Source: Perkinsus olseni (lineage: Eukaryota). From it: 43,694 nucleotides of DNA. Each line of letters starts with the position of its first letter. Position 1 is the first letter of the stretch. Below are positions 38,973 through 43,694 of this stretch, in pieces. The stretch is from the NCBI GenBank assembly GCA_013115125.1, contig JABANN010000280.1:1-43694 (forward strand). The letters run 5' to 3'. Under the pieces are notes generated by a model, which made no database searches, was not told the origin of the DNA, and saw nothing but the letters and a program-made list of their open reading frames with translations. The translations under genes were made by a program, and so were the position numbers.

Positions 38973-39455
38973 ATTTTGCATGGCGGCATGACTTCATCAC
39001 TTCCTGGATTGTCTTCGTGTTGCATAGTGGAGAGTGGATCTTTTTGTCGATGCGATACTCTGCCGTTGAATCACCGGAATTGTGCCGCCGCGGCAACGAC
39101 TACGTTATCTAGACGGGACTCGTAATTCATGAACTCGCTTGAACACGATCCTTCGTTTAGAATCTTGAGTCCCCGCGGATTATGCGTCGAAGCGCAGGAT
39201 CGAGACGTGAGTGGAGAGATCATCCGAGACTGGTGCCATCACTACCTAGTTCATTGTTGGGCTCCCTAATATGAAGTAGTGAATCAGGTTGACGCAATAA
39301 GCTGAACTGGTGCTCCTATAGTATCAATTGGCATGGAATAACGGATGATTCGCCTTGTTGAAAATGACTCTAAAACCTCATGCTGAATGAGTTTTCTCGC
39401 GTGTGGAATTCTGTAAGTGGTGTGCTATTTTTTCACTACAGCGTCGATATTTGGA

Positions 39456-42400
39456 ATGATCTCGTTTCGGAAACCCCTGCAGTTGGTATCTCCGAGCAGC
39501 TCGAGGTTCTTCAGTATAGCCCCCAGGAGACGGAGATCAGCACTAGCCCTCCGAGGACACAATCCTGAGAATGGATCGCAGGGCTGGTCCCCATTACAGC
39601 GGTATCAGCGGAATATATTCGAGGTCTTACCTTGTCCTATGTTCTGATCTCAGAGGGCGGAAAGTCCGGCAATCAATCTTGCAGCCCTTGAGCCTCAACA
39701 AGTTCCCGCTTGCCTAGGTACGCCGTATGGAGCATCACGTCCTCGCCGTAGCAATGGAGGCGACTGCGAACGATAAGTACTACAATAATCTGTTGTGGCT
39801 TGAATATTTGAAGCGGTGCAAGGATCTAGTGGATACTTCGTTTACAGGTAGTGGCGGATTCCGCTAGGTGGGAGAGCATGTCGCACAGCACAGTGTTGTA
39901 GCTCCGTGAAGAAACGTGGGAGACGGACTTCTTCGCGAAATCGACATGCGATTGAACTACATGTTCTCCATCTCGGATAGGTCGAGATCTCTCCAAGGTT
40001 TTATCGGCATTGGCTCGTTCTAAGCAACCCATAGTAGACAAGAACGCGGCACATGCTCGGATAACTGAGGACATTATAGCAATTGCAGAGAAGCGAGTGA
40101 GTTAACTCTTTGAGCGTTGCCCATGAAAGGTTTCTCCGTGGTTTGTGAATCAGATACTAGGAGCGTCTTCAAGTAAGATGTCGTTCACAACTCCACAGCA
40201 GATTGCTTGGGTTGCCTTCGGAATATCCAAGCTGTCCAGGTAGCATTGCGACACCTCGATCGACGTTGTCTGTGTTACGTCTGTAATCTCAGGCTCGGGG
40301 CAGAGCAGCTTGCGATCCTGGCTAGAAGCTTCACGGAGCTCCTCACAGACAATCCGAATGTTCGCTTGTCTGCTAAGGATTGTGGCATGGCTATAGAAGC
40401 GTTCAGAGGTGGTAATGCGGACCTACTAAAGTAAGGGTACTTTATTGGTCTCGGAGAGTGCCATGCTATACTTCTTTTCGAGATGCTTATCAGCACGACT
40501 CTTCCCTGGCATTTACACCTACGATTTCTCGGAATGGAAGGTGACGTGGGTATGTCTGGCTACCGCCATTCTTCAAGGACAGAATAAAGGGATTCTGCCA
40601 ACGAAGCAGCACACCGCTTCAGGGCGTGCATTAGTAAGGGAATCTCATCACCTTCGGTGCACTCTCAGCTGGCGCGCAGGCCAGTATCTTCCCTGTCTTG
40701 GAAGAGCATATCTCTGAACTGGGTCCTCATGAAGTATGCCGATTGATTTGCTCGGTGAAGCACGCGCCAGAGGTATCTTCAATCGCCTGCGCTCGTCTTG
40801 GGCATCCAATGAAACAGTTGCGATTTGCTTTCTAGAAAGCTTTGTCAGTTGGGAGAGTCTATGGCTTCTCTGCCGGCTTCGCTAGAGAGAGCACTGTCCA
40901 AGCGTATCGTGGAGTTGAGGGAGGAATTCTCAGTCGTTGATATAGCTGCTCTCATATCCGGTGGGTGGTCGTGATAACTCAGTTTGTCGTATTCAGGCGC
41001 TTGTGGCATTTTGTGTTGATAGGTTTGCGCAGCAGTGAACACCTGAAAGACCCTCATGTGGTTGGGTGCTTGCTCACTCGCCTTGCAGATCTAGGACACG
41101 GATTCGACTACGATCCACATCGATTCATCGTTGCCACGTGTGCCTTGTGTGATGCAGCTGTGAGGCTTGATGACAGTGAGGCCCCGAGACCACTGCTCGT
41201 GTGCCAGCATGACCTTTTCTACAGGTTATCTGAGCCTGATATACACGAATTACAAGATGCAATCTCTGGAGTATATGGCCGTCCTCATATCCAGTGTCAC
41301 TTCGGTGGAGGACTTCGCACGACTCTCGCGTCACTTCCCAGAACTGGTTGCTCACGAGGTGTGTGTTCCGTTCTTACTTGGCCATCTCAATGCAAATTGC
41401 GAATTATCTGTTCGAATTATTCCGAATTATTCCAACGTGTAGATAAGTAAGAGGGATAGTGCGGTTGCACCAGTGACAACTATGCACTGGTTGAAGAGCG
41501 ACTGGATGGAGGACCCAATTAAAGCCCACCTACTCGGCAAGCTATGCCACGAAGTATCTCGTGTACGTCACACAACATCTGCGCACGCCGTTCGTAAATT
41601 ACTCAGCCAGGTAAAAAGCACGGTATATGGGTGACATGTGCTATAAGTTCGCGAGTCCAGGTTCCTTTCCTCCGTCTCTCAGGTCCCGAATCCCCGGGGA
41701 TGCGCACCACCAACAGAGGTTTTGGCGGTTTTGGCGAAACTCAACCTCAAGATTAATGGTTGGAGTTGTCTGGAAGACTTCTCAGTGAGTTGTCAGGAAG
41801 GTCGTCGTGAACTGTAGATCAGTGAACTGTAGATTTGACTGACTAAATTTTCAATTCAATCATTGAATTAACCAATGATTTCAGGATCGAGTTCTGGAGG
41901 ATTATGGTGATAGAGAGTTCATTCGGCATTGCCACGCAAGAGCCTCCCTGGGACTACCAGTACGAGCTGAGAAGTTGCGAGAGTAATGAGTTTCCCGGCG
42001 AGTAGCACCACTAGTTGGGGGAACATGTAGTGACTGTCAGGGTGTTGCGGAACTCGAGCACGCCCCTGGAAGCTGTCGACGAGGTTCGTTGTCTACACGC
42101 GATGGCGTTAGCAAATCGGTTGCCCCAAGGAGATGATATCGGCCGCAGGTAGGTGGCGACGTCGGTATGCGCTTCCGTTGGCCTTAAATGGTTCTGCAGG
42201 GTTCTCGAGAGCTTAGATGGAGGCTTCGATAATTCGTCGGTTGTACAGCAGCTCAGGCTATTCATTTGCTCTACGAGCGCGAGTACAATGGTACAGGCTG
42301 ACGCTCCTCGCAAATGTGGGCAAACGGGTCTAAATCGGCATGTGAGGCTCAGAGAAAGATCAATGACCATCATTAGTATCTTCTGTTCAGATTGGAATAT

Positions 42401-42886
42401 ACCTCAGAAAGAACTTCCCACAGGGTACTTGGGTCTCGAACGCCAAGGTAACCGACGGCGACCGAGGGTCGGTCAGTATGGACTACTGGTGCCCAGAGCA
42501 CGGGTCAGTCGAAGTTCTGGGGCCTGCAAGGTAAGCATTGGACTATGCCTAGCTCAATGCTACTACGAATCGCACTGTATCCCCGCTCAACGACAATGTT
42601 TCGCATTGTTTGCAATGTGTTATTCATCACGAATGGCTTGTTCGAAAGGACCAGAGGCTGGGCAGCGAAATGTTAGGTTTAACCTTCTGGTTGAAGCGTC
42701 GCGTTCACACCCCACAGATACTACTCCCAGACCCGAGAGCTCACCGCAGGCCAGTTGTTCAAGCACCGATTAATTGAGGCTGCGCTTGGACCTAGTCGGT
42801 TACGTTCCATTTCCTATCACCACTGGACCTCTAGTATAACGCCGACGAAGAAGGACGCTTTGATCTCATCTCTCTTTGCTGCATGA
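39456..42886 (+). CDS. RAP-domain organellar RNA-binding protein (FASTK/RAP-like), probably mitochondrial
   Basis: Presequence-like MISFRKPLQLVSPSSSRFFSIAPRRRRS and many helical exons. Removing intron ~42531-42718 gives MDYWCPEHGSVEVLGPAR|YYSQTRELTAGQLFKHRLIEAALGPSRLRSISYHHW, matching the RAP pattern D...EVxGPxH(F/Y)...T..K.RL...G...I.Y..W. Confidence 0.8.
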
Positions 42887-43299
42887 ATCCTGCAATTCAC
42901 ACGTTTTTTCGTGAAAGTTTCCGCATTGATATAAAGTGTTGCTGAGTGAAGTGATACACTAAGTCAAGTAAATGCAGTAGGGGAAACGGGAGGAAAGCGT
43001 GGGCCTTGCTGCTTGGATCCAAGTTTGATCATCCAACATCATCTTTGCTACGCACAGCTTGACCAAGACGGTCGACTTAGCGTTGTAGCGTACAACCCGT
43101 ACAACTTGTACGGGCTATCGTTGCTAACACCGGACGCCGTCCGACGGATGGGGACCTTAATGCTCAGAAACTATTCGTAGTAGTGACACGGCTCGTTGCA
43201 GAAAATGAAGGAGGACCGACAATCACCTCTCCGAAGCACTCTCGGCTTCTAGGGTGCAGTAGTTGTCGAGTTATAAGCTCTCTCTTTCGGCAATAGAAA

Positions 43300-43371
43300 T
43301 GCAAGAGCTAGGTTTCGAACCCAGGTCCCTTTGGTGGAAGCGCGACACCTTAACCATTAGACAATTTCGAC
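43300..43371 (-). pseudogene. tRNA-like element (TCC at the anticodon position, Gly-like), copy 1; acceptor and anticodon stems unpaired
   Basis: GTCGAAA TT GTCT AATGGTTA AGGT G TCGCG CTTCCAC CAAAG GGAC CTGGG TTCGAAA CCTAG CTCTTGC A: 72-nt cloverleaf spacing with B box GGTTCGAAACC. Confidence 0.75.
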
Positions 43372-43512
43372 AGATTCCAATAGGTAGTTGTGACGCAGTA
43401 AATTTTCCGGCCAGTAATTTTCTCCGTTCCCAGCGATTCCGTTTGACGGTATTCTCAGCCTCCAGAGTGCAGTAGTTGTCGAGTTATGAGCTCTCTCTTT
43501 CGGCGGTAGAAA

Positions 43513-43584
43513 TGCAAGAGCTTGGTTTCGAACCCAGGTCCCTTCGGTGGAAGCGCGACACCTTAACCATTAGGCAGTTTCGAC
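43513..43584 (-). pseudogene. tRNA-like element (TCC, Gly-like), copy 2
   Basis: GTCGAAA CT GCCT AATGGTTA AGGT G TCGCG CTTCCAC CGAAG GGAC CTGGG TTCGAAA CCAAG CTCTTGC A, located 213 bp from copy 1. Confidence 0.75.
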
Positions 43585-43694
43585 AGATTCCAATAGGTAG
43601 TTGTGACGCAGAGAATTTTCTGGCCAGTAATTTTCTCCGTTCCCAGCGATTCCGTTTGACGGTATTCTCAGCCTCCAGAGTGCAGTAGTTGTCG

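Larger units (their letters stand above)
43238..43694. repeat. 213-bp tandem repeat (two full units plus partial flanks), running off the window end
   Basis: 43263-43475 and 43476-43688 align without gaps with 10 substitutions by my count. A degenerate partial unit starts at ~43238. Confidence 0.97.

Noticed and set aside
6917-42886. Alternative genetic code, stop readthrough or non-canonical introns as the cause of fragmented ORFs
   Set aside because: In the conserved genes I checked (TTLL3, HOGA1, IWS1, Myb, TMEM65, SET), frames are restored by ordinary short GT-AG introns.
43058-43073. Minus-strand CCGTCTTGGTCAAG resembling the 3' part of the Perkinsus/dinoflagellate spliced leader
   Set aside because: Short, needs a mismatch and a gap, and is not followed by a GT donor or a gene; compatible with chance.
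43263-43688. Two 70-aa ORFs (MSSY...GFEPRSL...)
   Set aside because: They are antisense translations of the tRNA-like element (GFEP comes from the T-loop complement). They recur because the unit is 213 bp, a multiple of three, and they have non-ATG starts.
43238-43694. CRISPR array or spliced-leader RNA gene array
   Set aside because: Whole units are repeated with no unique spacers, no cas genes are present, and I found no match to the ACCGTAGCCATCTTGGCTCAAG-type leader in the unit.

Overview
Eukaryotic nuclear DNA, about 50% GC and gene-dense, with many ~40-60 nt GT-AG introns, so most entries in the ORF track are exon fragments or antisense noise. Intron size, compactness and gene content (RAP protein, tubulin glycylase) suggest an alveolate, probably Perkinsus-like; this is inference. 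By manual splicing, the minus strand (1-6858) carries a secreted permuted NlpC/P60-like protein, an EF-hand protein and hypotheticals. From ~6917 to 42886 every gene I could model is on the plus strand: TTLL3-like glycylase, RRM protein, DMT-like membrane protein, RCC1-repeat protein, two tandem divergent SET proteins, a RING/3xSH3/FCS-type zinc-finger protein, HOGA1-like aldolase, a RING protein, TMEM65, a Myb factor, IWS1, hypotheticals and a RAP-domain protein. The window ends in a 213-bp tandem array. Each unit holds a minus-strand tRNA-shaped element with D and T arms (Pol III A/B boxes) largely intact but acceptor and anticodon stems that do not pair. Boundaries of spliced genes are approximate.
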